64,000 bases of DNA. Origin: the human T2T-CHM13v2.0 reference genome, Homo sapiens. The stretch is taken from the NCBI RefSeq assembly GCF_009914755.1, contig NC_060947.1; one strand, written 5' to 3'. Made by a program: the position numbers and the translations under genes. Below, one piece after another: positions 43,171-60,995 of this stretch. A model generated the notes under the pieces. It was not told where the DNA came from, searched no databases, and saw nothing but the letters and a program-made list of their open reading frames with translations. Position 1 is the first letter of the stretch, and each line of letters opens with the position of its first letter.

Positions 43171-43636
43171 CACACACACACTGAGCTAACTGCTGGACGT
43201 GACTGCAGGGAAAACCAATCCCTAGGCAAGGGCAGCTGGGTGCTGTCTGCCTGGCTTCCAGGGGTTAGGAGCCATCTAAGTGAACCCCTTGAGCTGGTTT
43301 GCAGGGAGCAGACGTCCCGACTTGGGGAGGTTCCAGCTTCCGGGAACCTCCCACTGCCAGCCATGTGTGACCCAGGGCCCTTCCAAGGCTGGCTTTAGGG
43401 GTTCACTGTAGGGCTGAGCTTAAGGCCGAAGGGGAGCCCTGGGCAGAGGTCTGGCTCAGGAATGCCAGTGTTCATGGTGACCGTGTGCTGGGAGGTGGTG
43501 ACGGGGTGAGCCTGGAGAGGACGGGGCATGAAGAAGGCCACCAGCAATCAGGCCCCTCCTCCCCACCCCCTCTGCCACGCGGCCCCCAGGCTGGTGTCCT
43601 CAAGCCTTCGTGTCTGTCATCCCTCTTCCATTGTAG

Positions 43637-43678
43637 GCAAGCAGCAGGATGGGGCCATGGAGAGTAGCCAGACCAAAG
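43637..43678 (+). CDS. ATP2B3: PMCA3 splice-site-A alternative exon (42 nt; included in x, skipped in z variants)
   Basis: ttccattgtag|GCAAGCAGCAGGATGGGGCCATGGAGAGTAGCCAGACCAAAG|gtaacg = GKQQDGAMESSQTK. Symmetric phase; the 42-nt site A exon of PMCA3 is established knowledge. Confidence 0.92.
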
Positions 43679-45259
43679 GTAACGGGCGCCGCTGCTTGGG
43701 CACAACAAGCTTGGAGCCCTGGGGGTGGGGCTGGTGGAGGGCACAGTGTTGGGGGAGGTTCACCTGCCTCGGTGGCAGGAGCAACACTTGGAGACCAGGT
43801 GAGTGGGCTGGCTGCACAGTCCCGTCCCAGTGCAGAGGGAGGAGAGAGCACACCCCTGGGGCTGCTCAGGGCATCCTGGCCACAGACACTGCTGGCAGCT
43901 CAGCCCAGCCACCTAGAGGAGACCTTAGCCCAGCATGGGCATAAGGATCACCTGTGAGTGGGCGCCCCGAGTCCACTCTGGCCAGATGAGAAAACTGAGG
44001 CCCAGAAGGGCTGACTCACCTGAAGCTCTGGGTCCCAGTCAGTGTGTTTCCCAGGCCAGCTTCCTTTCAGCCAAGCCTGAGGACCTGGGAGACAGAGTGG
44101 TCGGCTGAGGGCCAGAGGCCCGGCTCTCCTCTCAGCCCCGGACAGCTGGCAGGTGCCGACACCCTGGGGCCAGCATGAGCCTGGCTGTGAGACGCAGGAA
44201 GCAGGAGAAGGGGTGGGAGGAGCGGGGAGGAGGCCAGCCGTGGCCCACGGAGGACAGGAGATGTCGGCCAATGCAGCAGCCAGCTCTAGGTGCTGGAGTC
44301 CATGGGGAACAAGGCAGGTCCTGACCCTCAGGAAGGTCACAGGCAGAGATGACCCAGGCAACGCCCTGTGCGGAGCTGGGTTTGGGAGGGCAGTGGGGGG
44401 ACAGCCCGATGGCTGCAGCCCTGGGTTGAGGAGGTGGCAGCAGGTGGGGCACAAAGCTGGAGGGGCCCAGCTGGGTGGGGCAATTGTGTCCTGACGCCAC
44501 TGGGAAGAGGAGCCGTGGCGAATGGCCTTGGGCTGGCAAGTGAGGAGGAGCAGGAGGAGGCAGAGGTGATGGCGGTAGTGCCAAGAGCCCCAGTGGATCG
44601 GGGACCAGAGTAGTGAGGGAGAAAGACGAGTCTGCTCTCCCCAGGTCGCTGCGTCGGTCCCGGGGCAGAAGAGGGAGGTGGGGTGGCCAGGATTACTCTG
44701 GGCCGTGGAGTGGGTGCGGCCAGAGCTTGGCAGGGAGGGAGATGAGGAAGTGACAGAAGCAGAGGAGTGGGGAGAGGAGGGAGCCGGAGTGGGGGACACA
44801 CCACCACCATGTCGAGGGCAGCAAGGATGAGGAGCACAGGACCCACCAGGGAAGAAGGGAGAGGAGCCGTCTGCTCCAGGGGAGAGGCAGGGAGGGTGCT
44901 GGAGGGACAGATGGAGCCCGAACAGGCGCAGGGCTGGCTGGTGGGAGGAGAGTGCATGGGGCTTCTGGGCCTCCCTAAGGGAGGTAGGAGGTGGCTCGGA
45001 CACCAGTAAGCAGATGAGTCAGCTCAGGGTTCTGGAAGATTCCTCGGGCCACAGGCCTCTGCTCTCAGGTATTATTTGGGGCATTCCAGGACCAGTCACC
45101 CTGTCTGTGTGCCCAAAAGCCTTGTGCTGTGTCTGTCCTCCCTTCTCCCGAGAGAACCATCTCTGTCCCACCTAGAACAGTGCTGGAGCCACCCCACCCA
45201 CCCCAAGAGGGCCTGGGCTTAGGAGGCGAGAGAAGGGAAGCTGATAGACTTGGAAATAG

Positions 45260-45616
<357 letters not shown>

Positions 45617-46031
45617 TGAGCCCAGGCTGTGTAGAGCAGGTGGGAAGGGATGTGGCAGGTGATGTGTGGGCCAGGCAGGCAAGGGCACAGGCCAGGCCGG
45701 CAGTGGCCATCAGGGCCTGGCGCAGCCCTTCCCTAGTGAGCAGAAGTCCCAAACCCTCGACGAAAGCCCGGGTCACACACTGAGCCACTGCCCATGAGGT
45801 GCCCCTACCCAAGGCTCCAGGCTCTGCCCCTGGCACCCTCAAAAGGCAGCTGGGGGCATGCAGGGCTGGTACCCCAACTTCTGGGGTGCAGTGGGGGATT
45901 GACTCTTGCTAGTCCTCCCCAGCGGTGCTTCTCCTGCCATCAGACCACAAAGTCCACTCCCCAACCCCAGCAGCACTCCAGAAGAGGCCACACAGAGCCC
46001 CCTTGCAAACAGGCCCCAGCTCACCTGCTGA

Positions 46032-46484
<453 letters not shown>

Positions 46485-46946
46485 TAAACTGGGGACGTTT
46501 GGGATAGCTCAAGGGAGGAGAGGAGGTGCCGAGCAGGGACCCAGGGGGCAGCTTTGCTGATCTGTCAGCTCAGGTCCCTCGGCATGAGATGGGCCAGAAA
46601 GCAGGCAGGCGGTGAGATACCCAGGGGTTCAGCATCTGCACAATGTGGGCAGTAGGACGGAGGGGCTGGGAGGCAGCGGGGAAGCGGAGAATCAGCAGAG
46701 GGCCCGGGACACTGGGAGGCAGTGGGAGGAGGTGGGGGGAGCCAGGTGTGGGGTGGTGGGGTGGTGGGGTGGTGGGGTGGGAGAGCTGCAGGGCTGGTGG
46801 GTAACTGAGAGGGGGCTCGGGCAGGGGAGGTCCCGGGTGCGCATCCCGCCCCCACCATTGGATGAGGTTGCTGATGCCTTACAGCCTCGCTATTGGCTCA
46901 GGGCTGACCAGGTGCCCAGTGGGCTTAGTGCCACACGTGGAGCTAG

Positions 46947-47360
<414 letters not shown>

Positions 47361-47506
47361 TGAGCTGTTGCAAGGTGCTCATTAGGCCCCCCCTTGAGAA
47401 CTTTTGCCCATCCCTGGCCTCACAGGTGGCTCTGGCTGGGAAACTGCCTGTAGCTAAGGCCGACCTTCCTCTGCTCCCTGCCGCCCACACCCTAACAATG
47501 TGGTGA

Positions 47507-47836
<330 letters not shown>

Positions 47837-47899
47837 TGAGTGAGCAGCAGGGAGGTGCCGGGGTACGCACGGAGTTTCTGATTCTATTGTCGTGGTAAA

Positions 47900-49150
47900 A
47901 GAGGCCGAACGTAAAATTCACCATTTCAACCACTTTACAGTGTACAGTTGAATGGCATTAAGCACGTTCACAATATTATGCAACCGTCACCACTACCCAG
48001 TTCCAAAACACCTCCATCAACCCGGAAAGAAACCCCAGGCCCATGAGCAGCCCTCCCCACGCCCCTCCCCAGCCTCATGTGCTTCCTGTCTGTATGGATT
48101 TGCCTGTCTGGACATTTCCTATCAAGGGACTCATACACTGTGTGGCCTTTTGTGTCTGGCTTCTTTCCTTAGTGTAAAGTTTTTCCGTTTCCCCCAGATA
48201 TTAGACCTTCCTTTCTTTTTTTGTTTTGTTTTGTTTTTTCCCTCAAGCCATCCTCCTACGTCAGTGTCCCCCGTAGCTGGGATTACATGTGCATGCCACC
48301 ACGCCCAGCAAATTTTCAAATTTTTTGTAGAGCTGGGGTCTCCTCATGTTGCCCAGGGTGGTCTTGAAGTCTTGGGCTCAAGCGATCCACCCACCCGGCC
48401 TCCCTAAGTGCTAGGATTACAGGAATGAGCCACTGCCACCAGCCCGAACTTCCATTCTTTCTAAGGCTGAGTAATATCCATTGTATGCTAAAGAGCATTG
48501 TGTTGGTCCATCCATCCCTTCATCTGTCTACCAGCACATCTACCAGCACGTGAGTCGTTTCCACCTTTTGGCTGTCACGAGTCACGCTGCTGTGAATATT
48601 CACGTACAAGTTTTTGTTTGAACCCATGTTTTCAATTCTTTTGCGTGGACATCTAGGAGAGGAATGGCTGGGTTGTAGTGTCCACGAAACTGTTTTCCAC
48701 AGGGGCAGCACCGTTTCACATTCCCACCAGCGACATAGGAGGGTTCCACCTTCTCCCCATCTTCAACAGCACTTATTTTCTGGTGTGACAATGCTGATGG
48801 GGGCCATCCTTGTGGGTGTGAGGCAATATCTCCTGGTGGTTTTGATCTGTGTTTCCTTGATGACTAACAACGCTGAGCCTCTTTTGCTGTGCTGACTGGC
48901 CATTTGCCTGTCTTCCTTGGGGAAATGTCTGTCCTAGCCCTTTGCTCATTGCTGAGTTGGGTTGTTTGTCTTTTTATTGTTGGGCTGTAACATTTTTTCT
49001 GTATTCTGGATCCTAGATCCTTATCAGCTATGCGATTTCTACACATTCTGTCCCATTCTGTGGCCTGTCTTCACTCTCTTGATAGTGTCCTTAGGTGCAC
49101 AAATGTTTTAAATCGTGATGACGTCCAGTTGATCTATTTTCTTGTTGTTG
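47900..49150 (-). mobile_element. L1M 3' region, antisense, interrupted by an Alu
   Basis: aaaattcaccattt...tgcaaccgtcaccact...cacattcccaccagcg...tggttttgatctgtgtttccttgatgactaa...tattctggatcctagatccttatcag. Confidence 0.85.
48212..48445 (-). mobile_element. Alu (AluJ-like), antisense, partial
   Basis: T-rich tail, gtagctgggattaca, tttttgtagagctggggtctcc...gctcaagcgatccacc...taggattacaggaatgagccactg. Confidence 0.88.
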
Positions 49151-49320
49151 CTTAGAGATGATGAAAATTTTCTTAGAGATGATGAAAATTTTCTGGAATT
49201 GGAGACTGGTGATGGTCGTGCAGCTCTGTGACTATACTAAAAACCATTGAATTATCTACTTTAAATGGGTGGACTGTGTGGTGCGTGAATTATATCCCAA
49301 TAAAGCTATTAGAACAAAGT
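49151..49320 (+). mobile_element. L1M extreme 3' end, sense, with AATAAA (49299-49304)
   Basis: gatgaaaattttctggaatt...ggtgatggt...aaaaccattgaatt...tttaaatgggtg...tgaattatatcccaataaagct. Confidence 0.78.
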
Positions 49321-50229
49321 AAGGGAGAGTGCACAGCGTCACCTCCAAATGCCCTGGCTTCCCCACTCCCACTCAGCCTTCCCGGACTCCACACCCTTGG
49401 CCTTGGCGTCTCTGTCCACAAGTCACCTCGCTCCTCATGACTGCCGTCCCAGGGCCCTCAGGGCAAGGTCCTCTGCAGGACGCCCAGGGCTCCCCAAAGG
49501 CCCAGGCCCACGCTCCTTCCTGTGTTCTGCGGACTGGACCACCAAGTGCACCCTGCCTGGCCGCCCCACCCACAGCGCTCTCCCAGAACTCTGCCAGGTG
49601 CAGCGCTCACTGCCAGGGCCAGGACCACCTCCTCCCTGGAGCCATCCCTGCTGGTGTGGGGAACTCAGCCCTCTTTCTGTGCTTCTTTTTTGGTGGGCAC
49701 TGAGGGACACTGAGGCACTGCGGACAAAAGGCCCAGCCCAGCTTCACTCCCCCTTACTCCCATGCCTCAGTTTCCCTGGTGGCATGGAGATCACAGAATA
49801 CTTATCTCTGGGGAGGGGTGTGAGGGTTCCGTGGGTGAATCCACATCCATAGGAGGCCCTCCGTCCACACAGCTTCTGTTATGATCATTTCCTTCGTCAC
49901 CAGCCTCCCATGCAGTGGCAGCACCTGGCACTCACAGCCCCACTGGCTTCTTCCACCATGCCCGCCTCTGTGACCCTCGGCTCCTTTGCTCCCTCCTCTC
50001 CCCACCTGAATCCTCCCAAGTCCTGTCCCTTTTGAGAAGCTCCTGGAGTCATGAGCGCTCTACTGAGGCTGTGGCTGCCTGGACGTGGTTATAGCGATTG
50101 TCCACAGACTTCAGTTTTTGCCCAGGTTCCACCCGCTTGCCCTATGAAGTCTGTGGTGGAGCTGCCATGAGCCACATGCTCCTGCCTCCCTCCCGGTCTC
50201 TCAGCCTGCAGCAGTGCATGAGCGTCCTG

Positions 50230-51181
<952 letters not shown>

Positions 51182-53259
51182 TGAGGGTTTGGCTGGGGCT
51201 ACTGTATGGTCAGGACGTCCTGTGGCGAGCTCACAGCAAAGGTCCTGGCGGGAAAGGGAGCCCAGAAGCATATCCCCATATGGACGATGCCACCAGGGGA
51301 GTCCAGATGAGGGGACCTCGAGGGCCGCGTGGCAGATGCCATGGCCTTGACACTGGGAAGTCACTTTGTTGTTGAAAGATCCCAGACCCTGGAGAGTGTG
51401 GAGGATGGCCGGCCCCGGAGGGAGAATGCAAGGCATGGGGTGCCCCTCTGTCTCCCCAGGGCCTCTGCATGGCACCCACCTGTGTCACAAGCAGGGCCAC
51501 TGTGACCCTGACAACTTGTCTTTGTAGGAGCCACCCTGGGGGTGCAGGTGCAACCTGGGAGGAGAAGCTTCTGGGCTCTCCTTCGGGAGACAGGCATTCA
51601 TGTATTGGATCATGTAGCAAAAACACTCAATTCAAAGACAGTGCGTCTAAACGCCAGCCATGGCTCATGTCAACAGAGCAGCCCCGTGCCCCGAGGAGAA
51701 CATGGTCACTGCGCCCAGAGAGGGAGCACCTCGAGCTTGCCCTGGGAGAAAATGGGTGGTAGCGGAGGACAGGGGACAGAAGTCCAGCGAGGGAAATGGG
51801 CCCCGCAAAGGCGGGCAGCGGCATGAGTCCCGGGCCCCACTGAGCCTGGGAGAGCAGAAGGAGAGGGTGCTGGTGAGGCGAAGCAAGGCCACACTTGGGG
51901 ACAGGAGCCATCGAGTCCCTCTGTTGGACCAGGGAGCAACTGAAGCACAGAGCAGAGGAAGGAATCTTGCCAGAGGGGCCTGGGGAATAGGGACAGCTCC
52001 TTTCCAGCTTAAGAGTGGCTGAGAGAGAGTCCAAGTGGTAGACCACAGTGACAGGGCCAGGCTGCGGAGGCTGGGCAGACCCCCACAAAGACTGGCCAGC
52101 CTGGTGGTGGCTGAGGAGGACGCACAGAAGGCCCAGCGAAGTCCTGGGTGCCGGCAACAGGCAGTAGGACACAAGGGCCTCACTGAAACCGCCAGGGTGC
52201 TTGGAGATGCGGCACGGCTGCAGCCAGAGGAGGGCCCGTGAGGCTGGGCCCTGGGGAGCCATAGGAAGCCTGTGGCTGGGGTGGTATTGATGCTGGAGCT
52301 GGGCCGGCCGGGGGCACTGGCAACTTCTCCAGACACCTGGCTGGCTGCTGTGCTGTGGGGCCTTGGGGAGAAGGCAGGGAGCAGGGCTGAGCAGGTGAGG
52401 AAGGACAGCCTGGCCTGGCCCTTTGGGGCCATGGGGAAGGAACTGGGCTACACACACTGGGCCTGAGGAGGGAGGAGGCCTGGGTTCGCAGCTGCTGGTT
52501 TTCAGGCTCGTCACGGCCACTTGGTGGCAGCAGAGGGGTGGCTTCCAGACTTTTCAGGGACAGGCATTCGCTGGCTCAAAGGAGAATTGTCTTCTTGTGG
52601 CTCGTGATCTTGTTATCCAGCACCCCAAGATCCTCAGAGAGTACGAAGTGTCCCCGAGGCTGGCAGTGAGGCCACTTAGTGGTATATGCTGCAGGAACCA
52701 TTGGATCACCCTGTCACAGCTTAGAGTGGGGCCCCCAGCTGTCTCCCTGGCAAAGATCACAGCCCCCCTGCCCATGGCCTCAGGGGGCGCCAGGATTCAG
52801 GGACTCCCAGGTCAATGTCCTCCCCTGGTGTCTCCCGGCTGCCCTACCCCTGGCTCCCACTCCTGCGTGTCTACTCCCCACCGCCGCAGGCTCCCCAGGC
52901 CTGGCGGCTCGGCCACACCTAGGCTTCTACACTTACCCGACGGTGCTCACAAGCCCCACTGCCTAGGCTTGACCTCCTCATTCAGGTTCCCAAACTCTGA
53001 ACCTGGCTCCTCTTCTCCTCTCCCCCTGCCCGTCTACCTCAGTGGCATCAGCTGCCTGACCCTGTCTCTCTGTCCCCGAGCCTGAAGAGCCACATACCTC
53101 TTCATTTGGGAACTGTCTTCCCTGTCCCCCCACCACTGGGACAATGCCACCACCTCCCGGCCAGTCTCCTGGCTTCCCGCTCTCAACCCCTTGCAGGCTG
53201 TTCGCTTTCCACTCAGCACTGGGGAACCTCTTTCTCTTTCTCCAGAATCTAATATGATG

Positions 53260-53465
53260 CAGGTGGTCCCCAACTTTTAACAATTTTGTAACTTGGTGCA
53301 AAGGTGATGCACATTCAGCAGAAACTTTACTTCGAGTCCCATGCTTTTCCCTTTCAGTGCAGGATTCAATGAGTTACATGAGATAATCAGCACTGTATTC
53401 CACAATAGGCTTTGTGTTCAATGCTTTTGCCCAACTGTAGGCTAACACAAGTGTTCTGAGCACGT
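53260..53465. mobile_element. MER47A-like TcMar-Tigger remnant
   Basis: caggtggtccccaactt end; aataggctttgtgtt...tttgcccaactgtaggctaac..aagtgttctgagcacgt (family from memory). Confidence 0.65.
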
Positions 53466-53597
53466 GAATCGGATGGCTTTACTCTCACCTCTGCTGGACC
53501 TTGGGCCACCTGCAGATCTGATGGAGGAAGGGGTACTGCCTCAACCCAAAATACGTCTTGCCTCGATGGCCCCGCCCACCTCTCTTGTCTCTTCTAG

Positions 53598-53777
53598 GTC
53601 CCTGAAGCTATCCGAAAATGCCAGCGTGCTGGCATCACAGTCCGCATGGTGACTGGGGACAACATCAACACGGCCCGGGCCATCGCAGCCAAATGCGGCA
53701 TCATCCAGCCCGGGGAGGACTTCCTGTGCCTAGAAGGGAAGGAGTTCAACCGGCGGATCCGCAATGAGAAAGGCGAG
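53598..53777 (+). CDS. ATP2B3: PMCA3 exon (MVTGDN motif)
   Basis: [36 protein letters not shown]...RNEKGE; ag/gtagca; 180 nt. Confidence 0.97.
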
Positions 53778-53879
53778 GTAGCACCCGGCTGTCTGCCACC
53801 CCAGACCCCCCTTCTCCTCACCCCAGCCCCCTGCGTGCCCGCCTTAGCTCTGCAGCGTCCTTGTGCTTCCCCTCCCCAG

Positions 53880-53967
53880 ATAGAACAGGAGCGGCTGGAC
53901 AAGGTGTGGCCCAAGCTGAGGGTGCTGGCCCGGTCGTCTCCCACCGACAAGCACACACTGGTCAAAG
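53880..53967 (+). CDS. ATP2B3: PMCA3 exon (ARSSPTDK)
   Basis: [29 protein letters not shown]; ag/gtagcc; 88 nt. Confidence 0.96.
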
Positions 53968-54332
53968 GTAGCCGAGCTCCCACACCCCTTTCCTGGGGTG
54001 GCCAGCCCGAGGTTGTCTGCTTCCTGACACCAAAAGCCAGGTTCCCAAACAGGTCCCCAGGGCCTGCCTAGGAAGCTGGGTCCATTTGTCCCATTAGCCC
54101 AGAGCAGCAGGGCAGGGGCCCATGAGGGAACCAGGGTTCGGGGAGGGCTAGTGACTCACTCCAAGTCACACAGTGAGTCTCTAGAAGCAGTGGGTCTAGA
54201 GCCAGGGACCCAGGATTGTGTCCCCAGGCCCTAACCAGATCCCTATCCTCCCACCCTGGCCCTGTCACTCAGTGAGATTTGCTTACTTATTTGGGGATAG
54301 GAGATGATCCAGGTGACGGGGAGCACAGATAA

Positions 54333-54689
<357 letters not shown>

Positions 54690-55642
54690 TGAAGGTTCTT
54701 TCTTTCACATCCTGGCCACTTGGGCCTGCGTGGGCTCTGCCAGTCGGGGGACATGTGGTTAAAGGCATCTGCTGTGATGCCCAAGGTGACAGTGGGCCCC
54801 AGACATACTGTGGAGAGGAAGGGGAATGGGGGGTGGGGGCTCATCACTGATGGCATTGCCCACCCCCGTCCTCTCTAAATGGACTCTCAGCCCCAGATGA
54901 GGTGAGCAGAGTCCCCAGATGTGCTCTTCCTCTGCACTTCCTTCCTGTTGCTCACCCACTGAGCAGGGTAGCCCTGCAGACGCCACCCACATGGCTGGTT
55001 GCGGCCCCTCAGTGGCCCCACAGCCACTGAACGCAGCAACCTGGTGAGCCCCTCTCCCTGCCCTACCGAAAAGGAGTGTCACCCAGGGAACCCAGCCCAG
55101 TCCTTCCCAGCACCCGTAGCCCAGAAGGGAGCTCCAGCCCAAGCTTCGAGAGGTGGCAGCTCTCACGGGGCCAGGCTTGGGGCAGAGGAGAGGACTGCGC
55201 AGCTTGGCACAGCTGCAGCTGCGCCTCCATGGGACAGGGACTCCTCTGCAAGGAGCCGCCCCGCCCAGGGTGTCCCCATGCAGGACTTCCCAGGGCTCCT
55301 TAGCCAGCAAGCCTCTCTGGAGTGCTAAGAACAGACCACGCTGCTTGGTGGCCACGTGGTGGCAGCTGGGCTTTATGTGTAAAGCTGTGTTGATGCCATG
55401 TCATCAGCACCCTCTGTGTTTATGAGCAAAGCGCCCCCCCCCCCCACCGTGACATGTGACAACTTACTGTTTGTAGTACAAGAATGTGTTGCATTAAAAA
55501 AAAGCAACAAAAAACAGTGCTGTTCTTGGCTTTGGGGGGCGGGGTGGGATGTTATTCAGAAGGGGAGAGCAGGGAGCCAGCCCAGGCGGGCCAGGTGATC
55601 AAGGGGGGCTGGGGAAGGGGCCCCCACAAACACTCTGTGTGA

Positions 55643-56870
<1,228 letters not shown>

Positions 56871-57279
56871 GGCTGATTTTTAACCAACAACTCAGAGGAG
56901 CTGAGAAGGAAGGTCCAGTTCAGAGTTTCTGCCTCCTCCTGCCCCTGAGGTGCAGGAGACAAGGAGAGCAGCCCTCACTCTGTTGCCCCAAATGGCAGAC
57001 CCCATCGTCGGGCTGTTTTGTGGTCTGGGGTTTTTCACCTCCTGCGAGGGATTTGGAGCACACCTGCTGCCAGGTGAGAGAAGGGAGGCGGGCACGTGAC
57101 AGCCCAAAGAAAACGCCCCACTAGCGTAAAGGCGATGTAGGGATGGAGATGTCTGTTTTCATGGGCATGAAATCCTGGTGATGTGGACCCCATGAGGAGC
57201 CCCCAGGAGCTACTGGGTTTCCACCCCCAACCTTCCCGGGCAGGCGGCCCATGGAAAGGTGACTGCCTCCTCTCCATAG

Positions 57280-57660
<381 letters not shown>

Positions 57661-58226
57661 TAGCAACCCTGCAGCCAGGCCTGCTGGTGGCCTACAGCTC
57701 TTTCGCAAGCCTCTCCTCCCAGGCCCCTGAGCAGCTGAGAAACAGTTCATGTCTTGACATCCTGCCCACGGCTGTGTAGCTGTGTAGAGTAGGCAGCTTC
57801 TACCCAGCCCCAGAGTGGCCACGGTAACCCTAGGAACAGAACAGCCCACATTTACCCTGTGAAGATTGCTCCTGTGGAGTGACTGGGGTGCCGTGCTGGA
57901 AGCTGTGAGGTGGGTGGGGGGTGACCGCAAGAGAGAGGAAGAGGAGGAGGGCGTCCGAGGAAAGCCAGCCTTAAGAACTTCCCTTCTTAATCTCTTCCTT
58001 CCTGCCCTCAGGCTCAGGGTCTGGCCCCTGGCCCAGAGGGGTCTCAGGACTCTGGTTGGTTGAGCCTGGGGTGGGTGTGGCTGCCTTGGGCCTTGGCCGT
58101 GAGCTGGAAGTGGCCATCCCCTGGGACAAGGGACCCATCTCGGGAGCTACACACCGAAGTCTCGCTCCTGAGTAATGCGTCATGCGCTGAGATGACTGTG
58201 CCTGAGTGGGGAATGTTGCTTTCCAG

Positions 58227-58438
58227 GGGAGCTCTTCTTCGACATCGACAGCGGGAGGAATGCGCCCCTGCACTCGCCACCCTCAGAGCACTACACCATC
58301 ATCTTCAACACGTTCGTCATGATGCAGCTCTTTAACGAGATCAACGCCCGCAAGATCCACGGCGAGAGGAACGTGTTCGACGGCATCTTCAGCAACCCCA
58401 TCTTCTGCACCATCGTTTTGGGCACTTTCGGGATTCAG
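58227..58438 (+). CDS. ATP2B3: PMCA3 exon (TM8-TM9)
   Basis: [70 protein letters not shown]; ag/gtagga; 212 nt. Confidence 0.97.
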
Positions 58439-59685
58439 GTAGGAGGGGCGGCTCCACTCTTGGCCTCTGCCACTTGCAAAAAGTGGAGGTGGTGGGCTTC
58501 AAGACCCCTCGTCCACCCCTAGTACTGGCCTCCCCACCTCCACTCCCAGAAGGAGCCCCACCCCACCTGGCTTTCCTGTAGCCCCCGTCCTCTCTGCATG
58601 TCGGAGAGGGCCTTCTTCATCTTCCAAACATTGCCGGCCTTGCCCTGGGTGAGCGCGCTGGCTTCCAGAAGGGTTTCGTGAGCCCTCATCGGAACGAAGT
58701 TTTCTCACAGATGCTGGAAGGAGTCCTCCCTGGCTCCCTCTAGGTCTGCCATTCCCATTTCTAGCACTTAATTCCTTGGCATGAGGCTGCCATAACTCCA
58801 GAAGTTTCTTTTGGAGATGACCTCTGTGCCCAGTGCTGACACACTAACCTCTGCTTCCCACAGTGCTGTGGACAGGCTGGTCAGCCCCACTGTCTAGGAG
58901 GGGCTAAGTGTTCTAAAATATAGTGTATTTGTAGAAAAATTGAGGTATAGTAAGGCCAAAAGGTCAAGAGACAGTTGCCACTGAAAGACAGTTTATGACT
59001 CAGAGACCCCAAGAGGAGGACACATGCCACACCATAGGGGCCCACATGGGAGAGCGCCAGGCAGGAGGTGGGGTGTGAGAGCTGTGGACAAGAGCCTTTG
59101 CTGTGGTTCCCTCGGGGAGGAGCGGGTGAGGCAGTGCTGGTAGGCTCAGGACTGGCTAGGTTGCGTCATTGCAGCGGTTCCAGGGCATACGGGTGCTCCC
59201 TGGCTGTCTGGTACCTGGTCCTGGGTAATGAGTGCAAGGGGATAGTGGCCCGGAATGTGACAGTCCAACAGAGGACGGGGTCAGTTTGCATTTGGACAGC
59301 TTGCCCCTGCAAATTGGATGCCTCCCGAGGAGGCAGGAGGCCAAGACAAGGTGACCTCGGCAGGTTCTAGGGTCCTCCAGAATGAGGCATGTCCAGCGTG
59401 CCCGCAGGGTGGGTGTCACAGCCTCCGTCTTGCTGAAAATAGGAGCATGGTCAGTGGAGCTGGGCCCCACTCCGAGGCTGGAGTCAGTAGGTGCCTGGCA
59501 CCCAGGGGCGCTGGGGGCCATGCACTGCTCTGTCATCGCGCCCCCGGCCTTGTGGTCCTCTCGCAAGGAGCAGCCCGTGCAACTGGGGGAACCAACCAGG
59601 GTGGCTGGGTCTTCAAGGGGTTGGAGGACAAGGGTGGCTCAGGAGCCGCGGCTGGACCTGCCTCTCTCCCACTTGCCCTTCGCAG

Positions 59686-59793
59686 ATTGTCATCGTCCAG
59701 TTTGGCGGGAAGCCCTTCAGCTGCTCCCCACTATCCACAGAACAGTGGCTCTGGTGCCTGTTTGTTGGTGTTGGGGAGCTGGTCTGGGGACAG
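59686..59793 (+). CDS. ATP2B3: PMCA3 exon (TM9-TM10)
   Basis: [36 protein letters not shown]; ag/gtgagt; 108 nt. Confidence 0.97.
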
Positions 59794-60069
59794 GTGAGTG
59801 ACAGCCCTGCCCCTCATTTCAGACTGCCCTGCAGACAGCTTCTGTGATGGGCCCACTTGCCCTAACCCTGCTTCAGAGCCTTGGGGTCCTCACCCTAGGA
59901 AGCACACTGAGGGCTCAGGCCTGTGACACACCAGGACCCAGGGACAGGACGCAAGGGAAGGTGTCAGCAAAAGAATGCAAAGGAACATGGCTGGGATGTG
60001 ACAGGGCCCAGGAAAACTGCCCGCAGCTCCCCTTTCTATGATAAGAGCCAAAAATTGCCCCTTCCAATT

Positions 60070-60250
60070 GGGTGGGTAGCTTGGGAAATCCCCACATATT
60101 TTAAATCAATCAAACAGCACCCTGATCAATAATCCATGGGGCGAAAAGAAAGTCTCCAGAGAAATTAGGAAATATTTTGACCTGATGGAAAGGACAGAGA
60201 GTCCCACATCGAGCTCTGTGGGCTGCAGCTGAAGCCGCACACTGGCAGGT
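60070..60250 (+). mobile_element. Degenerate L1 ORF2-region fragment
   Basis: aataatccatggggcgaaaagaaagtctccagagaaattaggaaatattttga...tgtgggctgcagctgaagc. Confidence 0.55.
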
Positions 60251-60312
60251 TTCCAGGACCCCACAATTAGATCAGGAAGAAACAGCCTGGGTATTTAGGA
60301 TCCGCTTATCTC

Positions 60313-60995
<683 letters not shown>

